NCBI RefSeq assembly: GCF_006345805.1 | Contig: NC_043002.1 | Coordinates: forward strand, 70,494,001-70,558,000 | Direction: 5' to 3' | Length of the DNA: 64,000 nucleotides | Source of the DNA: Octopus sinensis | Taxonomy: Eukaryota | Shown: in pieces, positions 52,446 through 62,952 of the stretch | Layout of the letters: each line of letters opens with the position of its first letter | Position numbering within the stretch: position 1 is the stretch's first letter | Notes under the pieces: generated by a model | Seen by the model: the letters and a program-made list of their open reading frames with translations, nothing else | Database searches by the model: none | What the model was told of the DNA's origin: nothing | Position numbers and translations under genes: made by a program

Positions 52446-53588
52446 ATGGACTATGAGTCTCTAACAGACTTGTCCACGACAGATGAGGAACTGGAACAGG
52501 CAATTGCAGTGAAGCTGATGGAGGAAAAGGCTGGAGTTTTCGAGTCTTTATCAGACTTGTCTGAGAAGGAGCTAGAAATGGCAGCAAGGAAATTGGAAAA
52601 GAAGCTGAGTTATACTTATGCCGGTGTAACCAAGAAGGCGGAAGAGAAAGGGGTCGACTTGGCCAAGCTACCAAGTTACCAGAAACACATGAAAAAGGAA
52701 AGCGGTGAGGTGGAACTATCACCGACACCCAGGAGAAAAGAATGGTATGATAAGAGGACCATTGTTTACAGGGTGTTCGCAAACGAAAGGAAGAGGGTAG
52801 AAGTTGTAACCATGGAATGGATAGAGGAAGCCCTGCGAAGAACTGAGGAGGAAATAAATTTTCTGACTCGAGGATCCAAGTATGGGACCGTAGTTGTGCA
52901 TTTTAAAAGTGAATCTGCAGCGAGGAAGATGGCGGCGAAGGCGGTGAAGTCGGAAAAGGTAACACTGTTACCTACGTATTTAAACAGGAGGATTACACGA
53001 ATAAGGGTGGAGGGAGTGCCACCAAACGTGGAGGCAGAATGGATTGTGGCGGCTGTGATCAGCGGCCACGAGGACGAAGTGGATATTCTCCATGCCTCGG
53101 TTAAGTCCGAGGGCTGGAGAGGCGTAACAGTGGAGCTGAACGTACAGGCAGAGACCGAGGTACTGGTGGACCTGACGGAAAGCATCAGACTGGGAGAAGT
53201 GATCATGAGAGTGTGGGTGGAGGGCAGGGCTCCACGTTGTTACAAGTGTGGCCTGAGGGGTCACATAAGAGCCTTCTGCCCTCCCCCAGGGAAAGAAATG
53301 GATCCCGAACCAGAGAGAGAGAAGCAGAAACCAGAGGAGAAGGAAACAGAGGAAGAGAATACACAGAAATGGAAGGAAGCTGGAAGTAAGAGGAAGAGAA
53401 GAATACGTGGAAAAGAAAATAATATGGAACTCCAATCCACCCCAAAACCACCCACGCCCTCTGAGTCCCACCCTATCCATGCAGACATTGAACCCACCCG
53501 CTCCCCCCCAACAAGAAAACAAAAGAAAAAAAGAATACACACACACAAGAGATTGAAATCGATATCAGGCCGTACATTTGTACTATGA
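52446..53588 (+). CDS. LINE ORF1-like protein, copy 2 (380 aa), with the 89-aa module as a separate overlapping ORF 53585-53854
   Basis: Same motifs; in-frame 6-nt deletion near the N-terminus; 1-nt shorter A run near 53525. Confidence 0.75.
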   Translation: MDYESLTDLSTTDEELEQAIAVKLMEEKAGVFESLSDLSEKELEMAARKLEKKLSYTYAGVTKKAEEKGVDLAKLPSYQKHMKKESGEVELSPTPRRKEWYDKRTIVYRVFANERKRVEVVTMEWIEEALRRTEEEINFLTRGSKYGTVVVHFKSESAARKMAAKAVKSEKVTLLPTYLNRRITRIRVEGVPPNVEAEWIVAAVISGHEDEVDILHASVKSEGWRGVTVELNVQAETEVLVDLTESIRLGEVIMRVWVEGRAPRCYKCGLRGHIRAFCPPPGKEMDPEPEREKQKPEEKETEEENTQKWKEAGSKRKRRIRGKENNMELQSTPKPPTPSESHPIHADIEPTRSPPTRKQKKKRIHTHKRLKSISGRTFVL

Positions 53589-54189
53589 CTGAACAGAAAG
53601 AAGTTAAAAGTCTAATGGAAGAGTATAAATGGTATGATGTTGGTGAGACTAGGTATGCTGTGATTGAAAAGAAGAACATAGGTGACTTTATGGTGATGTG
53701 TGAATGCGAGAATTGGGAGGTGAAAGATATAAGAATGAGCGATGAATTCGTGGAAAATATGGATGAGTATTTCGGAGTAAGAATGGATATGGAATTTGTT
53801 CGTATTGGCAAGGAACATTCAAGTGACTATGAAAAACAAAGGACAGGTAAGTGATGCTGACGGACGGGGCCGTTGGTATCGCTTTCATTTAATCATTTTT
53901 TCGTTTAACAATTCATGTTCATAAAGTTTAATTATAATGTTATATGTCCCCATGTTTCTTAGTGTCCCTTTCTGTGTCGCCCCTAGTGGGTAATAAAGAA
54001 ATAAAAACACGAACCATTTGGTCGGTTGTGTTTTTTTCGGCTCCTGAAAATTCGGTAAAAAAGAACAAAAGCGGTGTTGTTGTTGTGGAAATTCTGAACG
54101 GCGTTGACGCGGTTTCGCGTTTCGCTCGTTCAGCGCGTTAAACTTTTTTCTGTTTTGGCGGCCGTTTTCGGTCTGTCAGACAGAAGGAA

Positions 54190-55605
54190 ATGGACTATGA
54201 GTCTCTAACAGACTTGTCCACGACAGATGAGGAACTGGAACAGGCAATTGCAGTGAAGCTGATGGAGGAAAAGGCTGGAGTTTTCGAGTCTTTATCAGAC
54301 TCGCCTACGTCTGAGAAGGAGCTAGAAATGGCAGCAAGGAAATTGGAAAAGAAGCTGAGTTATACTTATGCCGGTGTAACCAAGAAGGCGGAAGAGAAAG
54401 GGGTCGACTTGGCCAAGCTACCAAGTTACCAGAAACACATGAAAAAGGAAAGCGGTGAGGTGGAACTATCACCGACACCCAGGAGGAAAGAATGGTATGA
54501 TAAGAGGACCATTGTTTACAGGGTGTACGCAAACGAAAGGAAGAGGGTAGAAGTTGTAACCATGGAATGGATAGAGGAAGCCCTGCGAAGAACTGAGGAG
54601 GAAATAAATTTTCTGACTCGAGGATCCAAGTATGGGACCGTAGTTGTGCATTTTAAAAGTGAATCTGCAGCGAGGAAGATGGCGGCGAAGGCGGTGAAGT
54701 CGGAAAAGGTAACACTGTTACCTACGTATTTAAACAGGAGGATTACACGAATAAGGGTGGAGGGAGTGCCACCAAACGTGGAGGCAGAATGGATTGTGGC
54801 GGCTGTGATCAGCGGCCACGAGGACGAAGTGGATATTCTCCATGCCTCGGTTAAGTCCGAGGGCTGGAGAGGCGTAACAGTGGAGCTGAACGTACAGGCA
54901 GAGACCGAGGTACTGGTGGACCTGACGGAAAGCATCAGACTGGGAGAAGTGATCATGAGAGTGTGGGTGGAGGGCAGGGCTCCACGTTGTTACAAGTGTG
55001 GCCTGAGGGGTCACATAAGAGCCTTCTGCCCTCCCCCAGGGAAAGAAATGGATCCCGAACCAGAGAGAGAGAAGCAGAAACCAGAGGAGAAGGAAACAGA
55101 GGAAGAGAATACACAGAAATGGAAGGAAGCTGGAAGTAAGAGGAAGAGAAGAATACGTGGAAAAGAAAATAATATGGAACTCCAATCCACCCCAAAACCA
55201 CCCACGCCCTCTGAGTCCCACCCTATCCATGCAGACATTGAACCCACCCGCTCCCCCCCAACAAGAAAACAAAAGAAAAAAAAGAATACACACACACAAG
55301 AGATTGAAATCGATATCAGGCCGTACATTTGTACTATGACTGAACAGAAAGAAGTTAAAAGTCTAATGGAAGAGTATAAATGGTATGATGTTGGTGAGAC
55401 TAGGTATGCTGTGATTGAAAAGAAGAACATAGGTGACTTTATGGTGATGTGTGAATGCGAGAATTGGGAGGTGAAAGATATAAGAATGAGCGATGAATTC
55501 GTGGAAAATATGGATGAGTATTTCGGAGTAAGAATGGATATGGAATTTGTTCGTATTGGCAAGGAACATTCAAGTGACTATGAAAAACAAAGGACAGGTA
55601 AGTGA
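54190..55605 (+). CDS. LINE ORF1-like protein, copy 3 (471 aa, intact)
   Basis: Uninterrupted frame: acidic N-terminus, RRM-like region, CCHC knuckle, charged/Pro-rich linker, C-terminal module. Confidence 0.85.
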   Translation: MDYESLTDLSTTDEELEQAIAVKLMEEKAGVFESLSDSPTSEKELEMAARKLEKKLSYTYAGVTKKAEEKGVDLAKLPSYQKHMKKESGEVELSPTPRRKEWYDKRTIVYRVYANERKRVEVVTMEWIEEALRRTEEEINFLTRGSKYGTVVVHFKSESAARKMAAKAVKSEKVTLLPTYLNRRITRIRVEGVPPNVEAEWIVAAVISGHEDEVDILHASVKSEGWRGVTVELNVQAETEVLVDLTESIRLGEVIMRVWVEGRAPRCYKCGLRGHIRAFCPPPGKEMDPEPEREKQKPEEKETEEENTQKWKEAGSKRKRRIRGKENNMELQSTPKPPTPSESHPIHADIEPTRSPPTRKQKKKKNTHTQEIEIDIRPYICTMTEQKEVKSLMEEYKWYDVGETRYAVIEKKNIGDFMVMCECENWEVKDIRMSDEFVENMDEYFGVRMDMEFVRIGKEHSSDYEKQRTGK

Positions 55606-55942
55606 TGCTGACGGACGGGGCCGTTGGTATCGCTTTCATTTAATCATTTTTTCGTTTAACAATTCATGTTCATAAAGTTTAATTATAATGTTATATGTCC
55701 CCATGTTTCTTAGTGTCCCTTTCTGTGTCGCCCCTAGTGGGTAATAAAGAAATAAAAAACACGAACCATTTGGTCGGTTGTGTTTTTTTCGGCTCCTGAA
55801 AATTCGGTAAAAAAGAACAAAAAGCGTGGTTGTTGTTGTGGAAATTCTGAACGGCGTTGACGCGGTTTCGCGTTTCGCTCGTTCAGCGCGTTAAACTTTT
55901 TTCTGTTTTGGCGGCCGTTTTCGGTCTGTCAGACAGAAGGAA

Positions 55943-57358
55943 ATGGACTATGAGTCTCTAACAGACTTGTCCACGACAGATGAGGAACTGGAACAGGCAA
56001 TTGCAGTGAAGCTGATGGAGGAAAAGGCTGGAGTTTTCGAGTCTTTATCAGACTCGCCTACGTCTGAGAAGGAGCTAGAAATGGCAGCGAGGAATTTGGA
56101 AAAGAAGCTGAGTTATACTTATGCCGGTGTAACCAAGAAGGCGGAAGAGAAAGGGGTCGACTTGGCCAAGCTACCAAGTTACCAGAAACACATGAAAAAG
56201 GAAAGCGGTGAGGTGGAACTATCACCGACACCCAGGAGAAAAGAATGGTATGATAAGAGGACCATTGTTTACAGGGTGTTCGCAAACGAAAGGAAGAGGG
56301 TAGAAGTTGTAACCATGGAATGGATAGAGGAAGCCCTGCGAAGAACTGAGGAGGAAATAAATTTTCTGACTCGAGGATCCAAGTATGGGACCGTAGTTGT
56401 GCATTTTAAAAGTGAATCTGCAGCGAGGAAGATGGCGGCGAAGGCGGTGAAGTCGGAAAAGGTAACACTGTTACCTACGTATTTAAACAGGAGGATTACA
56501 CGAATAAGGGTGGAGGGAGTGCCACCAAACGTGGAGGCAGAATGGATTGTGGCGGCTGTGATCAGCGGCCACGAGGACGAAGTAGATATTCTCCATGCCT
56601 CGGTTAAGTCCGAGGGCTGGAGAGGCGTAACAGTGGAGCTGAACGTACAGGCAGAGACCGAGGTACTGGTGGACCTGACGGAAAGCATCAGACTGGGAGA
56701 AGTGATCATGAGAGTGTGGGTGGAGGGCAGGGCTCCACGTTGTTACAAGTGTGGCCTGAGGGGTCACATAAGAGCCTTCTGCCCTCCCCCAGGGAAAGAA
56801 ATGGATCCCGAACCAGAGAGAGAGAAGCAGAAACCAGAGGAGAAGGAAACAGAGGAAGAGAATACACAGAAATGGAAGGAAGCTGGAAGTAAGAGGAAGA
56901 GAAGAATACGTGGAAAAGAAAATAATATGGAACTCCAATCCACCCCAAAACCACCCACGCCCTCTGAGTCCCACCCTATCCATGCAGACATTGAACCCAC
57001 CCGCTCCCCCCCAACAAGAAAACAAAAGAAAAAAAAGAATACACACACACAAGAGATTGAAATCGATATCAGGCCGTACATTTGTACTATGACTGAACAG
57101 AAAGAAGTTAAAAGTCTAATGGAAGAGTATAAATGGTATGATGTTGGTGAGACTAGGTATGCTGTGATTGAAAAGAAGAACATAGGTGACTTTATGGTGA
57201 TGTGTGAATGCGAGAATTGGGAGGTGAAAGATATAAGAATGAGCGATGAATTCGTGGAAAATATGGATGAGTATTTCGGAGTAAGAATGGATATGGAATT
57301 TGTTCGTATTGGCAAGGAACATTCAAGTGACTATGAAAAACAAAGGACAGGTAAGTGA
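55943..57358 (+). CDS. LINE ORF1-like protein, copy 4 (471 aa, intact)
   Basis: Same organisation as copy 3. Confidence 0.85.
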   Translation: MDYESLTDLSTTDEELEQAIAVKLMEEKAGVFESLSDSPTSEKELEMAARNLEKKLSYTYAGVTKKAEEKGVDLAKLPSYQKHMKKESGEVELSPTPRRKEWYDKRTIVYRVFANERKRVEVVTMEWIEEALRRTEEEINFLTRGSKYGTVVVHFKSESAARKMAAKAVKSEKVTLLPTYLNRRITRIRVEGVPPNVEAEWIVAAVISGHEDEVDILHASVKSEGWRGVTVELNVQAETEVLVDLTESIRLGEVIMRVWVEGRAPRCYKCGLRGHIRAFCPPPGKEMDPEPEREKQKPEEKETEEENTQKWKEAGSKRKRRIRGKENNMELQSTPKPPTPSESHPIHADIEPTRSPPTRKQKKKKNTHTQEIEIDIRPYICTMTEQKEVKSLMEEYKWYDVGETRYAVIEKKNIGDFMVMCECENWEVKDIRMSDEFVENMDEYFGVRMDMEFVRIGKEHSSDYEKQRTGK

Positions 57359-57698
57359 TGCTGACGGACGGGGCCGTTGGTATCGCTTTCATTTAATCAT
57401 TTTTTCGTTTAACAATTCATGTTCATAAAGTTTAATTATAATGTTATATGTCCCCATGTTTCTTAGTGTCCCTTTCTGTGTCGCCCCTAGTGGGTAATAA
57501 AGAAATAAAAAAACACGAACCGTTTGACGTCGGTTGTGTTTTTTTCGGCTCCTGAAAATTCGGTAAAAAAGAACAAAAAGCGTGGTTGTTGTTGTGGAAA
57601 TTCTGAACGGCGTTGACGCGGTTTCGCGTTTCGCTCGTTCAGCGCGTTAAACTTTTTTCTGTTTTGGCGGCCGTTTTCGGTCTGTCAGACAGAAGGAA

Positions 57699-59113
57699 AT
57701 GGACTATGAGTCTCTAACAGACTTGTCCACGACAGATGAGGAACTGGAACAGGCAATTGCAGTGAAGCTGATGGAGGAAAAGGCTGGAGTTTTCGAGTCT
57801 TTATCAGACTCGCCTACGTCTGAGAAGGAGCTAGAAATGGCAGCGAGGAATTTGGAAAAGAAGCTGAGTTATACTTATGCCGGTGTAACCAAGAAGGCGG
57901 AAGAGAAAGGGGTCGACTTGGCCAAGCTACCAAGTTACCAGAAACACATGAAAAAGGAAAGCGGTGAGGTGGAACTATCACCGACACCCAGGAGAAAAGA
58001 ATGGTATGATAAGAGGACCATTGTTTACAGGGTGTGCGCAAACGAAAGGAAGAGGGTAGAAGTTGTATCCATGGAATGGATAGAGGAAGCCCTGCGAAGA
58101 ACTGAGGAGGAAATAAATTTTCTGACTCGAGGATCCAAGTACGGGACCGTAGTTGTGCATTTAAAAGTGAATCTGCAGCGAGGAAGATGGCAGCGAAGGC
58201 GGTGAAGTCGGAAAAGGTAACACTGTTACCTACGTATTTAAACAGGAGGATTACACGAATAAGGGTGGAGGGAGTGCCACCAAACGTGGAGGCAGAATGG
58301 ATTGTGGCGGCTGTGATCAGCGGCCACGAGGACGAAGTGGATATTCTCCATGCCTCGGTTAAGTCCGAGGGCTGGAGAGGCGTAACAGTGGAGCTGAACG
58401 TACAGGCAGAGACCGAGGTACTGGTGGACCTGACGGAAAGCATCAGACTGGGAGAAGTGATCATGAGAGTGTGGGTGGAGGGCAGGGCTCCACGTTGTTA
58501 CAAGTGTGGCCTGAGGGGTCACATAAGAGCCTTCTGCCCTCCCCCAGGGAAAGAAATGGATCCCGAACCAGAGAGAGAGAAGCAGAAACCAGAGGAGAAG
58601 GAAACAGAGGAAGAGAATACACAGAAATGGAAGGAAGCTGGAAGTAAGAGGAAGAGAAGAATACGTGGAAAAGAAAATAATATGGAACTCCAATCCACCC
58701 CAAAACCACCCACGCCCTCTGAGTCCCACCCTATCCATGCAGACATTGAACCCACCCGCTCCCCCCCAACAAGAAAACAAAAGAAAAAAAAGAATACACA
58801 CACACAAGAGATTGAAATCGATATCAGGCCGTACATTTGTACTATGACTGAACAGAAAGAAGTTAAAAGTCTAATGGAAGAGTATAAATGGTATGATGTT
58901 GGTGAGACTAGGTATGCTGTGATTGAAAAGAAGAACATAGGTGACTTTATGGTGATGTGTGAATGCGAGAATTGGGAGGTGAAAGATATAAGAATGAGCG
59001 ATGAATTCGTGGAAAATATGGATGAGTATTTCGGAGTAAGAATGGATATGGAATTTGTTCGTATTGGCAAGGAACATTCAAGTGACTATGAAAAACAAAG
59101 GACAGGTAAGTGA
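57699..59113 (+). pseudogene. LINE ORF1-like, copy 5, frameshifted (1-nt deletion in a T run at about 58160)
   Basis: CATTTAAAAG versus CATTTTAAAAG in other copies; splits into 168-aa and 308-aa ORFs; could be a sequencing error. Confidence 0.75.
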
Positions 59114-59450
59114 TGCTGACGGACGGGGCCGTTGGTATCGCTTTCATTTAATCATTTTTTCGTTTAACAATTCATGTTCATAAAGTTTAATTATAATGTT
59201 ATATGTCCCCATGTTTCTTAGTGTCCCTTTCTGTGTCGCCCCTAGTGGGTAATAAAGAAATAAAAAACACGAACCATTTGGTCGGTTGTGTTTTTTTCGG
59301 CTGCTGAAAATTCGGTAAAAAAGAAGAAAAAGCGTTGTTGTTGTTGTGGAAATTCTGAACGGCGTTGACGCGGTTTCGCGTTTCGCTCGTTCGGCGCGTT
59401 AAACTTTTTTCTGTTTTGGCGGCCGTTTTCGGTCTGTCAGACAGAAGGAA

Positions 59451-60866
59451 ATGGACTATGAGTCTCTAACAGACTTATCCACGACAGATGAGGAACTGGA
59501 ACAGGCAATTGCAATGAAGCTGATGGAAGAAAAGGCTGGAGTTTTCGAGTCTTTATCAGACTCGCCTACGTCTGAGAAGGAGCTAGAAATGGCAGCGAGG
59601 AATTTGGAAAAGAAGCTGAGTTATACTTATGCCGGTGTAACCAAGAAGGCGGAAGAGAAAGGGGTCGACTTGGCCAAGCTACCAAGTTACCAGAAACACA
59701 TGAAAAAGGAAAGCGGTGAGGTGGAACTATCACCGACACCCAGGAGAAAAGAATGGTATGATAAGAGGACCATTGTTTACAGGGTGTGCGCAAACGAAAG
59801 GAAGAGGGTAGAAGTTGTATCCATGGAATGGATAGAGGAAGCCCTGCGAAGAACTGAGGAGGAAATAAATTTTCTGACTCGAGGATCCAAGTACGGGACC
59901 GTAGTTGTGCACTTTAAAAGTGAATCTGCAGCGAGGAAGATGGCAGCGAAGGCGGTGAAGTCGGAAAAGGTAACACTGTTACCTACGTATTTAAACAGGA
60001 GGATTACACGAATAAGGGTGGAGGGAGTGCCACCAAACGTGGAGGCAGAATGGATTGTGGCGGCTGTGATCAGCGGCCACGAGGACGAAGTGGATATTCT
60101 CCATGCCTCGGTTAAGTCCGAGGGCTGGAGAGGCGTAACAGTGGAGCTGAACGTACAGGCAGAGACCGAGGTACTGGTGGACCTGACGGAAAGCATCAGA
60201 CTGGGAGAAGTGATCATGAGAGTGTGGGTGGAGGGCAGGGCTCCACGTTGTTACAAGTGTGGCCTGAGGGGTCACATAAGAGCCTTCTGCCCTCCCCCAG
60301 GGAAAGAAATGGATTCCGAACCAGAGAGAGAGAAGCAGAAACCAGAGGAGAAGGAAACAGAGGAAGAGAATACACAGAAATGGAAGGAAGCTGGAAGTAA
60401 GAGGAAGAGAAGAATACGTGGAAAAGAAAATAATATGGAACTCCAATCCACCCCAAAACCACCCACGCCCTCTGAGTCCCACCCTATCCATGCAGACATT
60501 GAACCCACCCGCTCCCCCCCAACAAGAAAACAAAAGAAAAAAAAGAATACACACACACAAGAGATTGAAAACGATATCAGGATGTACATTTGTACTATGA
60601 CTGAACAGAAAGAAGTTAAAAGTCTAATGGAAGAGTATAAATGGTATGATGTTGGTGAGACTAGGTATGCTGTGATTGAAAAGAAGAACATAGGTGAGTT
60701 TATGGGGAGGTGTGAAAGGAAGAATTGGGAGGTGAAAGATATAAGAATGAGCGATGAATTCGTGGAAAATATGGATGAGTATTTCGGAGTAAGAATGGAT
60801 ATGGAATTTATTCGTATTGGCAAAGAACATTCAAGTGACTATGAAAAACAAAGGACAGGTAAGTGA
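59451..60866 (+). CDS. LINE ORF1-like protein, copy 6 (471 aa, intact)
   Basis: Same organisation as copy 3, with the variant GEFMGRCERKNW block. Confidence 0.85.
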   Translation: MDYESLTDLSTTDEELEQAIAMKLMEEKAGVFESLSDSPTSEKELEMAARNLEKKLSYTYAGVTKKAEEKGVDLAKLPSYQKHMKKESGEVELSPTPRRKEWYDKRTIVYRVCANERKRVEVVSMEWIEEALRRTEEEINFLTRGSKYGTVVVHFKSESAARKMAAKAVKSEKVTLLPTYLNRRITRIRVEGVPPNVEAEWIVAAVISGHEDEVDILHASVKSEGWRGVTVELNVQAETEVLVDLTESIRLGEVIMRVWVEGRAPRCYKCGLRGHIRAFCPPPGKEMDSEPEREKQKPEEKETEEENTQKWKEAGSKRKRRIRGKENNMELQSTPKPPTPSESHPIHADIEPTRSPPTRKQKKKKNTHTQEIENDIRMYICTMTEQKEVKSLMEEYKWYDVGETRYAVIEKKNIGEFMGRCERKNWEVKDIRMSDEFVENMDEYFGVRMDMEFIRIGKEHSSDYEKQRTGK

Positions 60867-61201
60867 TGCTGACGGACGGGGCCGTTGGTATCGCTTTCAT
60901 TTAATCATTTTTTCGTTTAACAATTCATGTTCATAAAGTTTAATTATAATGTTATATGTCCCCATGTTTCTTGGTGTCCCTTTCTGTGTCGCCCCTAGTG
61001 GGTAATAAAGAAATAAAAAACACGAACCATTTGGTCGGTTGTGTTTTTTTCGGCTGCTGAAAATTCGGTAAAAAAGAAAAAAGCGTTGTTGTTGTTGTGG
61101 AAATTCTGAACGGCGTTGACGCGGTTTCGCGTTTCGCTCGTTCAGCGCGTTAAACTTTCTTCTGTTTTGGCGGCCGTTTTCGGTCTGTCAGACAGAAGGA
61201 A

Positions 61202-62350
61202 ATGGACTATGAGTCTCTAACAGACTTATCCACGACAGATGAGGAACTGGAACAGGCAATTGCAATGAAGCTGATGGAAGAAAAGGCTGGAGTTTTCGAG
61301 TCTTTATCAGACTCGCCTACGTCTGAGAAGGAGCTAGAAATGGCAGCGAGGAATTTGGAAGAGAAGCTGAGTTATACCTATGCCGGTGTAACCAAGAAGG
61401 CGGAAGAGAAAGGGGTCGACATGGCCAAGTTGCCAAGTTACCAGAAATACATGAAAAAGGAAAGCGGTGAGGTGGAACTATCACCGACACCCAGGAGAAA
61501 GGAATGGTATGATAAGAGGACCATTATTTACAGGGTGTTCGCAAACGAAAGGAAGAGGGTAGAAGTTGTAACCATGGAATGGATAGAGGAAGCCCTGCGA
61601 AGAACTGAGGAGGAAATAAACTTTCTGACTCGAGGATCCAAGTACGGTACCGTAGTTGTGCATTTCAAAACTGAGTCTGCAGCGAGGAAGATGGCGGCGA
61701 AGGCGGTGAAGTCGGAAAAGGTAACACTGTTACCTACGTATTTAAACAGGAGGATTACACGAATAAGGGTGGAGGGAGTGCCACCAAACGTGGAGGCAGA
61801 ATGGATTGTGGCGGCTGTGATCAGCGGCCACGAGGACGAAGTGGATATTCTCCATGCCTCGGTTAAGTCCGAGGGCTGGAGAGGCGTAACAGTGGAGCTG
61901 AACGTACAGGCAGAGACCGAGGTACTGGTGGACCTGACGGAAAGCATCAGACTAGGAAACGTGATTATGAGAGTGTGGGTGGAGGGCAGGGCTCCACGTT
62001 GTTACAAGTGTGGCCTGAGGGGTCACATAAGAGCCTTCTGCCCTCCCCCAGGGAAAGAAATGGATTCCGAACCAGAGAGAGAGAAGCAGAAACCAGAGGA
62101 GAAGGAAACAGAAGAAGAGAATACACAGAAATGGAAGGAAGCTGGAAGTAAGAGGAAGAGAAGAATACGTGGAAAAGAAAATAATATGGAACTCCAATCC
62201 ACCCCAAAACCACCCACGCCCTCTGAGTCCCACCCTATCCATGCAGACATTGAACCCACCCGCTCCCCCCCAACAAGAAAACAAAGAAAAAAAAGAATAC
62301 ACACACACAAGAGATTGAAATCGATATCAGGCCGTACATTTGTACTATGA
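61202..62350 (+). CDS. LINE ORF1-like protein, copy 7 (382 aa), with the 89-aa module as overlapping ORF 62347-62616
   Basis: Most divergent copy; 1-nt deletion in the A run near 62285. Confidence 0.75.
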   Translation: MDYESLTDLSTTDEELEQAIAMKLMEEKAGVFESLSDSPTSEKELEMAARNLEEKLSYTYAGVTKKAEEKGVDMAKLPSYQKYMKKESGEVELSPTPRRKEWYDKRTIIYRVFANERKRVEVVTMEWIEEALRRTEEEINFLTRGSKYGTVVVHFKTESAARKMAAKAVKSEKVTLLPTYLNRRITRIRVEGVPPNVEAEWIVAAVISGHEDEVDILHASVKSEGWRGVTVELNVQAETEVLVDLTESIRLGNVIMRVWVEGRAPRCYKCGLRGHIRAFCPPPGKEMDSEPEREKQKPEEKETEEENTQKWKEAGSKRKRRIRGKENNMELQSTPKPPTPSESHPIHADIEPTRSPPTRKQRKKRIHTHKRLKSISGRTFVL

Positions 62351-62952
62351 CTGAACAGAAAGAAGTTAAAAGTCTAATGGAAGAGTATAAATGGTATGAT
62401 GTTGGTGAGACTAGGTATGCTGTGATTGAAAAGAAGAACATAGGTGAGTTTATGGGGAGGTGTGAAAGGAAGAATTGGGAGGTGAAAGATATAAGAATGA
62501 GCGATGAATTCGTGGAAAATATGGATGAGTATTTCGGAGTAAGAATGGATATGGAATTTATTCGTATTGGCAAAGAACATTCAAGTGACTATGAAAAACA
62601 AAGGACAGGTAAGTGATGCTGACGGACGGGGCCGTTGGTATCGCTTTCATTTTATCATTTTTTCGTTTAACAATTCATTTTCATAAAGTTTAATTATAAT
62701 GTTCTATGTCCCCATGTCTTTTGGTGTCCCCTTCTGTGTCGCCCCTAGTGGGTAATAAAGAAATCAAAAACACGAACCATTTGGTCGGTTGTGTTTTTTT
62801 ACGCTCGTAAAATTCGGTAAAAAAGAACAAAAAGCGTTGTTGTTGTTGTGGAAATTCTGAACGGCGTTGACGCGGTTTCGCGTTTCGCTCGTTCAGCGCG
62901 TTAAACTTTTTTCTGTTTTGGCGGCCGTTTTCGGTCTGTCAGACAGAAGGAA

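Noticed and set aside
55598-55942. In-frame polyprotein formed by splicing unit n to unit n+1
   Set aside because: A phase-1 donor is incompatible with all three candidate AG acceptors (10, 6 and 3 nt before the ATG), and stop codons follow within a few codons.
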